Of a stretch of DNA of 64,000 nt, positions 16,671 through 26,221 are shown one piece after another; the stretch's first letter is position 1; each line of letters starts with the position of its first letter. The DNA comes from a virus: the IMG/VR virus record IMGVR_UViG_3300029319_009270, positions 1 through 64,000 of that record. One strand, 5' to 3'. Below the pieces are notes generated by a model. The model saw only the letters and a program-made list of their open reading frames with translations, was not told the DNA's origin and ran no database searches. The translations under genes and the position numbers were made by a program.

Positions 16671-19121
16671 CTACTGTTTTTTCTTGGCAGAGTACAATAA
16701 ATTTTTAATTATATTTTCATAAGATGACTCAGACATTGAATCCAATTGCAACTGATTATCAAATAATGATCGCGTTGGTTGTGCTTGTGACAACACACCA
16801 GGTGCAACAACAGACTGCTGACTAGGGCCTCGCCCCTTCAAAGACCCTATTGTCTGGGCGAGCGAGCTGTTTAAAGCGACTAAGCTGTCATTTATTTTAT
16901 CAATAATAATCTTAAAAGAACTGTAACTGTCAACAATGCTTTCACTCGTTGTAGTCACAGCGTCCATCACACCCAATACATGTTGTAATACTGAATTTGT
17001 TTGAGTGTCGAGTTGTTGATAATATGTTTCAAGAGCAGACACAATCTTATCAAGTGCTGCCCCTCTTTCAATATCTGTCTTACTATCATCGTTAACTGTT
17101 TCAACTAAGGCAAGGAATTCTGTTGAATCTAATAAATTACTTAATTGCGTTGGATAAAACCTATCAAGAAGCAGTATTAACTCTTGTAATTTGTTTCTGT
17201 TGTCCTCATCTAATCTAGCTGTATCATAAATTTTCTGTAGTTCTGATTGATTTCGAGACAATCTATCTAATTCGGCTTTTACTTTATTTAATTCTGTCAG
17301 CAAGTCCTTTTCAATTAATCCACCTCCCGGAGAAGATGCAGCAGCTGAACTGGGCGTATACGTTGCTCCGGTTCGTAATTCAGGAGAATCTGGTGATATT
17401 CCTGCCAACAATATTACAACTTCGTAAGTATCATAAGCTCCACCATATTGTTGTTTGAAAACGTTGACTGAGTTTGGTTTTGCTACAGGTACCCCTGTCT
17501 GCATTGACAGCCCAACATATATATTTGCTCTCCTTGTGATCCCCGATAAATTTGTCTTCGTGCCCACCTGGGTGAGACTTTGGGGCTCTGTAGTTCCTGG
17601 ATTATTCAATCCTAACACTTCAAATCTCTTGCCTAAGAAGCATCGCATAGCTGCTGTAACATATTCGCCAATAGTACTTTTCGGATCTTTCCTGGGCAAC
17701 TTTGCAATTACAAGCTTTCCGGCGCTGGGGTATCTTGCATTGAGATCCAGACTATTGAGCCGAGCTGCTATTTGACCTTTTTGTGCATTAGTAATTGTTG
17801 CGGTATTATTATATATCGTTTTTAAAGAATTAGCTGTGGCGGGTGCAGTTGGACTTTCTGTGCCCATGGTTCCTAAATATTTTATTCGAAATGCTTTATA
17901 ACCGTCAACGCTAAATTCATACTTAAGATCATAAAAAGTTCCAGCGTCAGAAGTTTTTGTAAAAGAACCGTAACCCATTAATTCGTCAATATATTCTTCT
18001 AGCTTTTCCTTCTTTCGGACTGAGCTTGAGAATGCTCCGGTAAAATCACCAACTTTTTTCGGAGGCTTGGTGGTAAAAACTGTTTTAAAAAGAAAAGCTA
18101 AAGCATCTGATTTGTCATTGTCGTTTGCTATTGATAGTCCCCTAAAATTTAAATCATTAGCAATGTCTGTATTTGTAACTTTAAAGTTAGCTGGTAATTC
18201 ATCTTTAAAGTCATCAAACAACAACTTAAGTGTGCTGCCGTTAAATACATTACGTGAAAAGTTAACAATTCCCAAAGAACTAGCAAACGATTCTGACTTT
18301 TTTACAGACACGTCATAAGGTGAAGGTCTTTCATAGTTATTTTGGTGTGATATTCTGATGTTATGATTTTGAGGAACTACATATTGCATCAGGATAGGTG
18401 TCGTTCTTGCTAACACTGCTTCAGGAGCGGTATTTGGAAATTCTAATTCTAACGCTTTTCTGACTAAAGATGAATAACGTTGATCAAGAATATTGGCTGT
18501 ATTTGTACCTGACCCCTCAACAAACATTGGTTTAAAAGCAGCGACCCCACATTTAAGTAGTAGATCATCATAGTTTGCTAAAATAGCACCATTATTCTCA
18601 AGGTGTACAGCAATCGCCTTTGCCATTTCGACAAGGTTGTCTTGCTTAGGTTGATTTCCATCTAGAGGATCTTTGTTTTTAACCAGGGTAGCTTTTGCGC
18701 TTACCATTGTCGAACCAAACTTATAGATTCTATTGCTATTATCAAGACTATCTGTGCCGGCAGAGAAGATGTCAGCCCAAACAAAGTTATTGCCGCCTAA
18801 GGCTCCGTTGTTCCCAGTGTTCAAATTGTCGACTAAACCTTGAAACGGTCCGCGTGCGTTTAGAACGTCTATACCTAAACCCTCTAATTGTTGCCCAAAA
18901 CTAGTGCCTTCTCCTTTAAGTAATTTCAACATAGAGTCAACATCATCGGGATTGCTAAAATAAAAAACCCCTGGAGATGTCGAGGTAGCCTCATCGAGAT
19001 ATTTATTGCCCGAACCGCCAGGAACATTCTCTCGTGATATCTGGGGTTGAAGTGTTGGTTTATTGGTTTCCGCTAGTATTTTTTCTAAAATTGATACTAA
19101 AGTTTTTTCTTTTAAAATCAT
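16671..19121 (-). CDS. Large (816 aa) putative internal virion protein
   Basis: Leader-like N-terminus MILKEKTLVSILEKILAE; C-terminus MSESSYENIIKNLL; C-terminal coiled coil. Confidence 0.6.
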   Translation of the reverse strand: MILKEKTLVSILEKILAETNKPTLQPQISRENVPGGSGNKYLDEATSTSPGVFYFSNPDDVDSMLKLLKGEGTSFGQQLEGLGIDVLNARGPFQGLVDNLNTGNNGALGGNNFVWADIFSAGTDSLDNSNRIYKFGSTMVSAKATLVKNKDPLDGNQPKQDNLVEMAKAIAVHLENNGAILANYDDLLLKCGVAAFKPMFVEGSGTNTANILDQRYSSLVRKALELEFPNTAPEAVLARTTPILMQYVVPQNHNIRISHQNNYERPSPYDVSVKKSESFASSLGIVNFSRNVFNGSTLKLLFDDFKDELPANFKVTNTDIANDLNFRGLSIANDNDKSDALAFLFKTVFTTKPPKKVGDFTGAFSSSVRKKEKLEEYIDELMGYGSFTKTSDAGTFYDLKYEFSVDGYKAFRIKYLGTMGTESPTAPATANSLKTIYNNTATITNAQKGQIAARLNSLDLNARYPSAGKLVIAKLPRKDPKSTIGEYVTAAMRCFLGKRFEVLGLNNPGTTEPQSLTQVGTKTNLSGITRRANIYVGLSMQTGVPVAKPNSVNVFKQQYGGAYDTYEVVILLAGISPDSPELRTGATYTPSSAAASSPGGGLIEKDLLTELNKVKAELDRLSRNQSELQKIYDTARLDEDNRNKLQELILLLDRFYPTQLSNLLDSTEFLALVETVNDDSKTDIERGAALDKIVSALETYYQQLDTQTNSVLQHVLGVMDAVTTTSESIVDSYSSFKIIIDKINDSLVALNSSLAQTIGSLKGRGPSQQSVVAPGVLSQAQPTRSLFDNQLQLDSMSESSYENIIKNLLYSAKKKQ

Positions 19122-19129
19122 GTATTCCC

Positions 19130-19459
19130 CTATCTCAGAATATTCATTGCAAAAACTATTGCTGCCATAGCAAACTGAACGACTGCAAAAACTGTAATTG
19201 CTTTTGTCTTGAATAGTTTAAGCTCTTCAACTTCATCTTTTAAAGTTTTTAATTGTGTTGGGGAAGCGACTTCATCGATTCTTTCTTTCCACTTGACCAA
19301 TCCCGTTACCTTATCTTCTCTGACTTGCATTTTTGCTAACTCTTGTTTTACTTCTTGCAGTTCACTACGAAGAGAATCGATACCGCTTGCAAGTGTCTCT
19401 AGTTCTTTTAAAACTAATTTAGAATATTCTCCCCAACCATTTTCTCCGCTACTCATCAT
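19130..19459 (-). CDS. Coiled-coil protein with a C-terminal TM helix
   Basis: Heptads followed by AITVFAVVQFAMAAIVFAM. Confidence 0.65.
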   Translation of the reverse strand: MMSSGENGWGEYSKLVLKELETLASGIDSLRSELQEVKQELAKMQVREDKVTGLVKWKERIDEVASPTQLKTLKDEVEELKLFKTKAITVFAVVQFAMAAIVFAMNILR

Positions 19460-19685
19460 CCCCTCCGTATCCCGGATCTAAAACACAAAGTATATCTTCA
19501 ATTCTTTCTAAGACATCTTCTTTTTTTGTTTCTGGCTTAAGCCCGAGTTTATGTAGCCACCTAAGTTGATCAACCAGCCAGTCCCTTGCCTTGAAAGCAT
19601 CAGACCAGTTGGTTTCTTGTTTGCATAGTTTTTCTCTCAGAGATCGAAGCTTTGCAAAACGATCAGACCCACAATTTGTACTCAT
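19449..19685 (-). CDS. Hypothetical protein
   Basis: GGGGA SD; operon packing. Confidence 0.55.
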   Translation of the reverse strand: MSTNCGSDRFAKLRSLREKLCKQETNWSDAFKARDWLVDQLRWLHKLGLKPETKKEDVLERIEDILCVLDPGYGGDDE

Positions 19686-19700
19686 GTTTCCCCCATGATT

Positions 19701-19940
19701 TTAACCATTGCTGTCTAAAAGCACTTCTCTAATTATCTTCCTTATGTGAGACTCGCTTAAAGTCGCATGAGGAACATCGTCTGCTAACCCCATAGACTCA
19801 AGCCAATTAGCTATCTGGACGTTAACAGGGGTAGGATCATTCCAACTCCCAACACCCTCTGGCCAGCCGCCGTGTGATGTTGGCTTATCAAGATGAAGAT
19901 CCTTGATTAATTTAGATTTTGCTTTTTTCTTTTTGGACAT
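19701..19940 (-). CDS. Small protein with a C-terminal leader-like peptide
   Basis: Ends LSESHIRKIIREVLL; ATAATTA at 19955-19961. Confidence 0.65.
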   Translation of the reverse strand: MSKKKKAKSKLIKDLHLDKPTSHGGWPEGVGSWNDPTPVNVQIANWLESMGLADDVPHATLSESHIRKIIREVLLDSNG

Positions 19941-19976
19941 AATAACTCTCGATATAATTATCAAGAAAACAGTGTT

Positions 19977-20108
19977 TTATCTATAACTCCAAGCAAAAAG
20001 AAGTGCACAGATAAAATTTATTATGGACCCATAATAATTTTCAATGCTTAAATTAAAAGCAAATAAAAATATATTGATTAGAACACCGGCAATAATAAAA
20101 TATCTCAA
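19977..20108 (-). CDS. 43 aa membrane peptide (not in the ORF track)
   Basis: TTG start overlapping the upstream stop; MRYFIIAGVLINIFLFAF...FICALLFAWSYR. Confidence 0.5.
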   Translation of the reverse strand: MRYFIIAGVLINIFLFAFNLSIENYYGSIINFICALLFAWSYR

Positions 20109-20308
20109 TTGTCTTTTACCACATCTTCGATTTTAAAATCATATATCTTGCCGTCTAATTCGCTTAAAAACTTAACACGTCTAGATTTGACAAAAGTTCC
20201 TGCGCTGTTTGAGTAGAATGTTTTTACATTATAAACTTCTTGTACAATACCCCTATTACTCATTTGATAATTGTGATATACGGTATCTCCTACTTTTATA
20301 TTTTTCAT
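20105..20308 (-). CDS. Small KOW/SH3-like protein
   Basis: IKVGDTVYH...GIVQEV. Confidence 0.6.
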   Translation of the reverse strand: MKNIKVGDTVYHNYQMSNRGIVQEVYNVKTFYSNSAGTFVKSRRVKFLSELDGKIYDFKIEDVVKDN

Positions 20309-20312
20309 CTTA

Positions 20313-21929
20313 CTAATCCTTTAAACATTTTTTAAAATCAGGCGGGAAAAAGTGTTTATTGTTTCTATAAAAACGTTCCCAATCTGAATCAACAATATAA
20401 GTGATAGCTGAATCATCAGCTGACCGAATACTCCTGCCAACAGATTGTACAATTGTTTTTGCTGTTTGTAAAGGATACCAAGTTTTACGCTTATTCATTC
20501 TTTTCTTAACAATAGCATCACCCAGATAAGGATACGGAACTTTACAGATAACTTGAAACTTACTTAAATCGCCTTTCAAATCAACGCCTTCAGACATCGA
20601 CGGGCTCACAAGTATTGTATCAGACTTTGATTTCATGTGCTTTTCTAAAATCATATCTCTGTTTTCTGAATTATGTGATAATATTCGTTTGCTTCTAATT
20701 TTCTTCTTAATATAATTTGCTATCTTATACGAGTGACAATGTATAATGCCCTTTTGACCTTTATGCTGTTTAATTATTTCTCTAATTAAATTTACTAAAT
20801 GGGGCAAAGTTTTATCAATCTCACTCGCATTCATCTTTCCAGCAGGGAAAAAGTATACCGGACGATTATCAACAGGAAAAGGTGAAGGTATACTCACAAA
20901 CGATGCATCTTCACGTGATATCCCTAAGTTATCACAGAAAGCACCCTTATTGAGAATTGTTGCGCTCAACATCAAAACTTTCTTACCTGTTCTAAAAAGA
21001 TAATCTTCTGCCCACGGAGAAACGTCAATAGGTCGAAATACAAATTTTCTCTTAGCACGCCCTTCTCCCTTTATTTCTTCCATCACCCAGTTGTCTTTGT
21101 CATAAGATCCTAAAAATTTTTGTAGCTTATCAACGTGACCCGATAGCATCTCATAAGATCTCGCAATCGTTTTCATTTTTTCTAACTGTGCACCAATTCC
21201 CAACTTTTCAATTTGAGATTCCATAAATTGCAATTTGATGGCTGCGGCTGGAAAATAATCTTCTTTAATCCACTTGACAGCTTGAAATTGTGTTGATCTA
21301 GCAGGCCACTTCATTTTTAAAATACTTGAAGCAAAGCGCTCAGATACAGATACTTCAACATAACGACTTAATTCATTTTCAATATTATGTGCTTCGTCAA
21401 TGACCAACAAATTGCGCGGTGTAATTTTTCCGCTAGAGTTTGTTTCGGTTAAAAAATATGCAAAGTTTGCTACACTTAATTCAGCTTCTAAAAAAGCTTT
21501 CTTTTCTTTTTTATAAGGACAATCAAAAACACAAGTTTTAAACTGTCTAGATTTTTTATCACAAGTCTTTAGTAACATTTGCCCTTCTTTACAATCATTA
21601 CCACTATGCAGGCAAACATGATTTTTAGAGGACTTAACTGATTTCATCTTTTGCTTAAGACCAAAGTCTTTAATGTACTGAGCTTGTAGTATCTTTTGAG
21701 TTGTCAAAAACCAAGACCCAGGCTCGTAATCTTCATCAAAGCGCATTTTATAATTTACATACTTTGCTAATGTCAGACCAATTGCACTTTTCCCTACACC
21801 AGTACCAGCCTCAATAATAACAAATCGCTTCTTATCTTCCAAAAAACTTTTAATCCCAAAATTGATCGCTTCTTCTTGCTGCTCTCTAATTTTTGGGTAA
21901 GGAAAGTGTTTCTTAAAGTCATGCGACAT
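20313..21929 (-). CDS. DinG/XPD-family (SF2) helicase
   Basis: REQQ Q-motif, EAGTGVGKS, Cys cluster, DEAH, LSAT, EGVD, QSVGRSIRS. Confidence 0.9.
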   Translation of the reverse strand: MSHDFKKHFPYPKIREQQEEAINFGIKSFLEDKKRFVIIEAGTGVGKSAIGLTLAKYVNYKMRFDEDYEPGSWFLTTQKILQAQYIKDFGLKQKMKSVKSSKNHVCLHSGNDCKEGQMLLKTCDKKSRQFKTCVFDCPYKKEKKAFLEAELSVANFAYFLTETNSSGKITPRNLLVIDEAHNIENELSRYVEVSVSERFASSILKMKWPARSTQFQAVKWIKEDYFPAAAIKLQFMESQIEKLGIGAQLEKMKTIARSYEMLSGHVDKLQKFLGSYDKDNWVMEEIKGEGRAKRKFVFRPIDVSPWAEDYLFRTGKKVLMLSATILNKGAFCDNLGISREDASFVSIPSPFPVDNRPVYFFPAGKMNASEIDKTLPHLVNLIREIIKQHKGQKGIIHCHSYKIANYIKKKIRSKRILSHNSENRDMILEKHMKSKSDTILVSPSMSEGVDLKGDLSKFQVICKVPYPYLGDAIVKKRMNKRKTWYPLQTAKTIVQSVGRSIRSADDSAITYIVDSDWERFYRNNKHFFPPDFKKCLKD

Positions 21930-21971
21930 TAAGACCCCCACTGTGTTATGTTAAAGAATATATTCTATATA

Positions 21972-22307
21972 TTACAATACATCTTTATAATTTACAAGGT
22001 GCGCTTCCTTATTTTTTAAATGAAACAAAAACTCCTCCCATGTAGCTCCGGATTTTTCAATTTCATCAATTGATATTTCTAAAAAAGTAGAATTAAACTT
22101 AGAATGCATAACATTTAATGTCTTTAAAAATTTATTTTTCTGTTCATCCCTTGAATATGTTGGGTAATACAAGATATCGTCATATACAAATTCTTCTTCA
22201 TCAGGTATGTTACACATTTTTTTTAAGTTATCGTGTACGCTATCATTAACAAAATCTTTGAAAAAATCAAATATGTCTATCTGTTCAAGTTTTATAGTAC
22301 CACTCAT
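21972..22307 (-). CDS. Hypothetical protein
   Basis: AAGGAG SD. Confidence 0.55.
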   Translation of the reverse strand: MSGTIKLEQIDIFDFFKDFVNDSVHDNLKKMCNIPDEEEFVYDDILYYPTYSRDEQKNKFLKTLNVMHSKFNSTFLEISIDEIEKSGATWEEFLFHLKNKEAHLVNYKDVL

Positions 22308-22318
22308 AATAATCTCCT

Positions 22319-22780
22319 TTATTTAGTGTGCCAATCAGCAATGTCTGATGACCATGCATTTGGTTTAACTTTAAAATCAAAACCCGCTCCCTGTATCCAT
22401 CCTTTTACATGACTAAACATTGAGCGCGTTTTGCTTTTACTGCTCGTTCCAATATCTACATGAATTTCAATAACCGCATCTGGGTAATTATCTAAAATAT
22501 ACTGTGCAGTTTCTAATGATAAAGAAACTTCATTCATAATTTTAACTTGTAAATTCTTGTAGATTTTTGAATCTAATTTTTGTTTTTTAAAATAGTATTT
22601 TGCAACATTCAAAACTGGATCATAAAGGGCAATAACGGATGCAAAATTACAATTGGTAGAATATAACATGCTATCCGTACCAACATAAATTATACCATTT
22701 GATGCAATATAATCTTTCAAAGATAAATTAAGATCATGATCAGTTACTGGTTTTCCATCCGCGTCATGCCAATTTATCAT
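22319..22780 (-). CDS. RNase H-like YkuK (DUF458-type) protein
   Basis: IYVGTDS, EV..S, EIHVDIG, KP.AW...AD. Confidence 0.8.
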   Translation of the reverse strand: MINWHDADGKPVTDHDLNLSLKDYIASNGIIYVGTDSMLYSTNCNFASVIALYDPVLNVAKYYFKKQKLDSKIYKNLQVKIMNEVSLSLETAQYILDNYPDAVIEIHVDIGTSSKSKTRSMFSHVKGWIQGAGFDFKVKPNAWSSDIADWHTK

Positions 22781-22792
22781 ATTAAACTCTAG

Positions 22793-23065
22793 CTATTTTA
22801 AAAAAGTTTCGATATATCCTTCGGTAACAAAAGATAAAACGACTCTAGAAGATCCCATTAACTTATAAGTATCTTTGCGAAATAGTTTTAAATTGAAATT
22901 TTGTCTAGCCGATTCAGGTAAGTACATATGTAAATGCGCTCCAGCATCATCATTTGCAATTTTTAAATGAAAAGCTGTATCTGTCATATCAACAATCAAC
23001 CCAGACAATAAATCTTTTTTATCTTTCAAAGTTAATTTTTTATTTATTTTTTTCGATGCTGACAT
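22793..23065 (-). CDS. Hypothetical protein
   Basis: Operon packing. Confidence 0.5.
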   Translation of the reverse strand: MSASKKINKKLTLKDKKDLLSGLIVDMTDTAFHLKIANDDAGAHLHMYLPESARQNFNLKLFRKDTYKLMGSSRVVLSFVTEGYIETFLK

Positions 23066-23234
23066 AATTTCTCAACAAACCATCCATTCTTTTGATCGTA
23101 TTTTCTAAAAAAAATGCGACATCTTTCTGCAATATCACAGCAGTTGCTTGATTTGTGCGCCCATCTAAATTTTTATAGCACGTAATAAGATACGCGCGAA
23201 TATCACATAATTCTTGTATTTCATTTTCATTCAT
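23040..23234 (-). CDS. Hypothetical protein
   Basis: AAGGA SD; operon packing. Confidence 0.5.
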   Translation of the reverse strand: MNENEIQELCDIRAYLITCYKNLDGRTNQATAVILQKDVAFFLENTIKRMDGLLRNYVSIEKNK

Positions 23235-23235
23235 T

Positions 23236-24054
23236 TTAATTTTCCTTATTTTTAATTTTTACAATAATCTCATCAATAATTTTACCAGTATGAATTGGCC
23301 CAGACGTTTCAAAAGCTTGACCATTTTTGTTTTTTACATTCTGATATATCTGGTGATCATTCTGTCCTTCTTTACATGCATCCCCTATAAACCAATGGTC
23401 GTCACTAGAAAAGTGTCTTAAACCATACGTTTTGTCCCAACCAAGTGGGTACATGTCTAAGCTGGTTTGTCCACCTTTTGCGATTTCAATATCGTCAAAT
23501 AATTGTCTGTGTGGCAATAAAAGCGATTGCAAAAGGTTTCGCATGTAATCTCTAATATTTTTTTCTTTATCTAACTCAATAAACTTATTTCGCTGACTAA
23601 TTGTCGCGCTTCTACCTATCGGGCACCAGTTTATTAATGAACCACGATAATCTATAAAATCAGGTGATATTGATACTGCTCCCAAATAGTCGTTCGAAGA
23701 TAAAATCATGTGCTGACATTTTATAATCGCCCTGTAAAGAAATTGCAAATCTAAACGGTTGCTCATGTCAACAACATGCATAGGTAACCACTCTCTTCTG
23801 TCGCTGTGAAAAAAGAACAATTTCGTACCATTACAAGGCATCAAAGATATACGATTTAAATGCATGTCTGAAAGACTAGTAAAAAGTGGTTCCAGTTGGT
23901 AAAAAATATCTTCTGATTTTGAACCAGATATGACATTTATCTTACCATAATCTGAGAGCTTCATTAGCTTTTTGATCATGAACGGTTTAATTTGCATCCT
24001 GTGCCTAGTAAGTGTTCCATCCATGTCAAAATAAAATGATCTATTTTTTTTCAT
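23236..24054 (-). CDS. HAD-IIB phosphomannomutase, eukaryotic PMM/Sec53 type
   Basis: FDMDGTLT, IDYRGSLINWCPIGR, GGQTSLDMYPLGWDKTY, FIGD...GQND. Confidence 0.85.
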   Translation of the reverse strand: MKKNRSFYFDMDGTLTRHRMQIKPFMIKKLMKLSDYGKINVISGSKSEDIFYQLEPLFTSLSDMHLNRISLMPCNGTKLFFFHSDRREWLPMHVVDMSNRLDLQFLYRAIIKCQHMILSSNDYLGAVSISPDFIDYRGSLINWCPIGRSATISQRNKFIELDKEKNIRDYMRNLLQSLLLPHRQLFDDIEIAKGGQTSLDMYPLGWDKTYGLRHFSSDDHWFIGDACKEGQNDHQIYQNVKNKNGQAFETSGPIHTGKIIDEIIVKIKNKEN

Positions 24055-24475
24055 GAAGACCTTTATGATACCTGCTATTTTCAACTAATTCTGATGATGA
24101 TTGAATTTTACCACCACCTAGATTCCAAACTAGTTCTATTCCGTACTTTTTACAAGTCTGGATTTCAGGTGTGTTTGTATTTATCCTATCGCCACCGTTG
24201 CCGAAGTAATCTGGAACAATTACTTTCAACGATTCACACACTGTGTTGTCATCGTCAAGAGCTTCTACAACTTCACCTACACCTTGAATTGCTTTAATAA
24301 TTTCAGCTCTTTGCTCGAAAGGCATAAACACGTAACCTTTTTTTCTTTTTAGCCACGAATCTGAGTTACATATAACAATCACTCGCCCGTGTTTGGCTGC
24401 GTCTTGTATCATTCTAACATGCCCAACGTGAATTGGATCAAAGCCACCGCTAACTGCTATTGTTTTTTTGCGCAC
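24041..24475 (-). CDS. Cytidylyltransferase-family nucleotidyltransferase (TagD/RfaE-like)
   Basis: SGGFDPIHVGH (HxGH), NSD, NGGDR, QSSS. Confidence 0.85.
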   Translation of the reverse strand: MRKKTIAVSGGFDPIHVGHVRMIQDAAKHGRVIVICNSDSWLKRKKGYVFMPFEQRAEIIKAIQGVGEVVEALDDDNTVCESLKVIVPDYFGNGGDRINTNTPEIQTCKKYGIELVWNLGGGKIQSSSELVENSRYHKGLHEKK

Positions 24476-24719
24476 TAATCACCTCTAAATCAAATTCAAA
24501 TATTGACAAGCAGCCTTTGCTAGTCATAACATAATATAACGCAGCATTGTCAAAGTTTACACTTTTGTCAGGATTTTGTTTTGATTCAAGCTTATACAAA
24601 ACAAGACCATAAATTGAATGGTCTTGATTCAGAGGAATATCTCCAATAATTGCATAAGTAAATGCTGAATTATTAACTAGTACTAAATCGCCCTCACTAA
24701 CCAACACCTTGGAATCCAT
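24450..24719 (-). CDS. Small KOW/SH3-like protein
   Basis: SEGDLVLV...YGLVL. Confidence 0.5.
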   Translation of the reverse strand: MDSKVLVSEGDLVLVNNSAFTYAIIGDIPLNQDHSIYGLVLYKLESKQNPDKSVNFDNAALYYVMTSKGCLSIFEFDLEVISAQKNNSS

Positions 24720-25236
24720 TGCTTCCAGTGAGAACAGGAAAATGTTCTGCCGGAATGCTAGTTAATCCTGCTAGAATTGAAAAGCTAGTTGATTGTTCTG
24801 CTCCTGGAGATGCTGTCTCCGGAGCGTTTGACAAGAAAAATATACTCTTGCACCTAATATCAAAAGTAAAAGCTGTACTAGCACCATTTCTTTGATCAGG
24901 TGTATTGGATGGACTTGAAGCTGATGGAATGAGAAAATAATTACGACCTCCGTCAGCTGCATTGAGTGTCTTATCAGCGTCTGCTGATGCTAATCTTTCC
25001 CCAGGTGCAACAACTCCGTCTGCTGTAAAGCCTACACGTAACTCATTGTTACCTGTGTTTCTAACTGTTACAAATTTTGTTACGAACGGAAATTTAACTT
25101 CAACAGGTAGACTCCCGGGTGTATTCGAATCAGGACCTGGGACTTCTTCAGAAGCAGAACTAGTTACAAATGGAATTCCGCTTACTTGATAAGCAGGAAC
25201 AAAATTTGGACCTGCCTTCGGATGACTTTGTGACAT
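24697..25236 (-). CDS. Putative virion structural protein
   Basis: Beta-rich, Ser/Gly/Pro-rich; ATACTTA motif at 25260-25266. Confidence 0.5.
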   Translation of the reverse strand: MSQSHPKAGPNFVPAYQVSGIPFVTSSASEEVPGPDSNTPGSLPVEVKFPFVTKFVTVRNTGNNELRVGFTADGVVAPGERLASADADKTLNAADGGRNYFLIPSASSPSNTPDQRNGASTAFTFDIRCKSIFFLSNAPETASPGAEQSTSFSILAGLTSIPAEHFPVLTGSNGFQGVG

Positions 25237-25290
25237 ATGAAACCTCGCTATTTTATCTATAAGTATTCATTCAAAAGTGTAATTTATATA

Positions 25291-25674
25291 TTATTTATTA
25301 CTTCCAGATTTGCTATTGCTGAGTACGGACTCCACGTTGTCACTTGCTTTTTTTCTCCTACCACCCCGCCTAGTACTCTGACTTTTACTTGTTCTGGTTT
25401 TTGATCTTCCAGCACTAGTGCTATTACTTCTTTTTCTTGCAGCTGGTTTATTGTCGCCATTATTTTTAGTCGACCTTTTACTAGCTGACCCTTTTTCCAT
25501 AGAATCACTTCCTGCCTGGCTTTCGAATACATATTTAACCTCTTCTTCTGAAGAACATTTAATACCAATTGATTGACAGTGATCAACTAACTCTGAATAT
25601 TCTGATATATTTAGCAAATTAATTAAATGTTCCAATGTAATTCTTTGTCTCTTCAAGTACATATCAAGCTTCAT
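25291..25674 (-). CDS. Small protein with a basic, histone-like C-terminal tail
   Basis: ARKRSNSTSAGRSKTRTSKSQSTRRGGRRKK. Confidence 0.6.
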   Translation of the reverse strand: MKLDMYLKRQRITLEHLINLLNISEYSELVDHCQSIGIKCSSEEEVKYVFESQAGSDSMEKGSASKRSTKNNGDNKPAARKRSNSTSAGRSKTRTSKSQSTRRGGRRKKASDNVESVLSNSKSGSNK

Positions 25675-25942
25675 TATCGTTACCCCTAGTGTTATTATTT
25701 AAAATATCGTCTTTTAAAACATCTATATACTTAAATATAACTATACAGATATTTTCAGAAAAAATAAAACCTAGATCAGCCTTAACTAGATCTAGGTCGT
25801 TTTTTGTACATACAGACAAATATTCTGTTAACTTTTTTACAGTCTTATTTAATTCTTCTTCGTCCCATTCTAGAGATTCTAAAAGCTCTGTTTCAAAATG
25901 TATTGAATTAAGTACGCTGTAAATCTCGTTAATCATGTTCAC
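25664..25942 (-). CDS. Hypothetical protein
   Basis: Operon packing. Confidence 0.5.
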   Translation of the reverse strand: MNMINEIYSVLNSIHFETELLESLEWDEEELNKTVKKLTEYLSVCTKNDLDLVKADLGFIFSENICIVIFKYIDVLKDDILNNNTRGNDNEA

Positions 25943-26218
25943 TTATAAGTCTTTAATGATATCAGATATTCCATTTTGAAAACGCGGGTCTTTTGCGATT
26001 CTTATAATATCTTTTTCAGTATACTCGATACCGTGAAAATTTGCAACTGTTTCTGCTAGCTTTTTTAGACCATCAACACAAACATTGCGTGCTGTTGAAT
26101 GATTCATTTTAAAACCCTTAGAAGTCATAGCTTCAGCAATCTGATGATAGCTTTTTCCTCCCAGCTCAGTAGCCGTTGCATATCCATTATCACTCTTAAA
26201 TCCTTTAGGCATTGACAT
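25943..26218 (-). CDS. Stand-alone sigma70 region-4.2-like HTH protein
   Basis: GKSYHQIAEAM...MNHSTARNVCVDGLKKL matches the pattern TLEEVG...VTRERIRQIEAKALRKL; it follows the truncated sigma gene in frame. Confidence 0.6.
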   Translation of the reverse strand: MSMPKGFKSDNGYATATELGGKSYHQIAEAMTSKGFKMNHSTARNVCVDGLKKLAETVANFHGIEYTEKDIIRIAKDPRFQNGISDIIKDL

Positions 26219-26221
26219 AAA

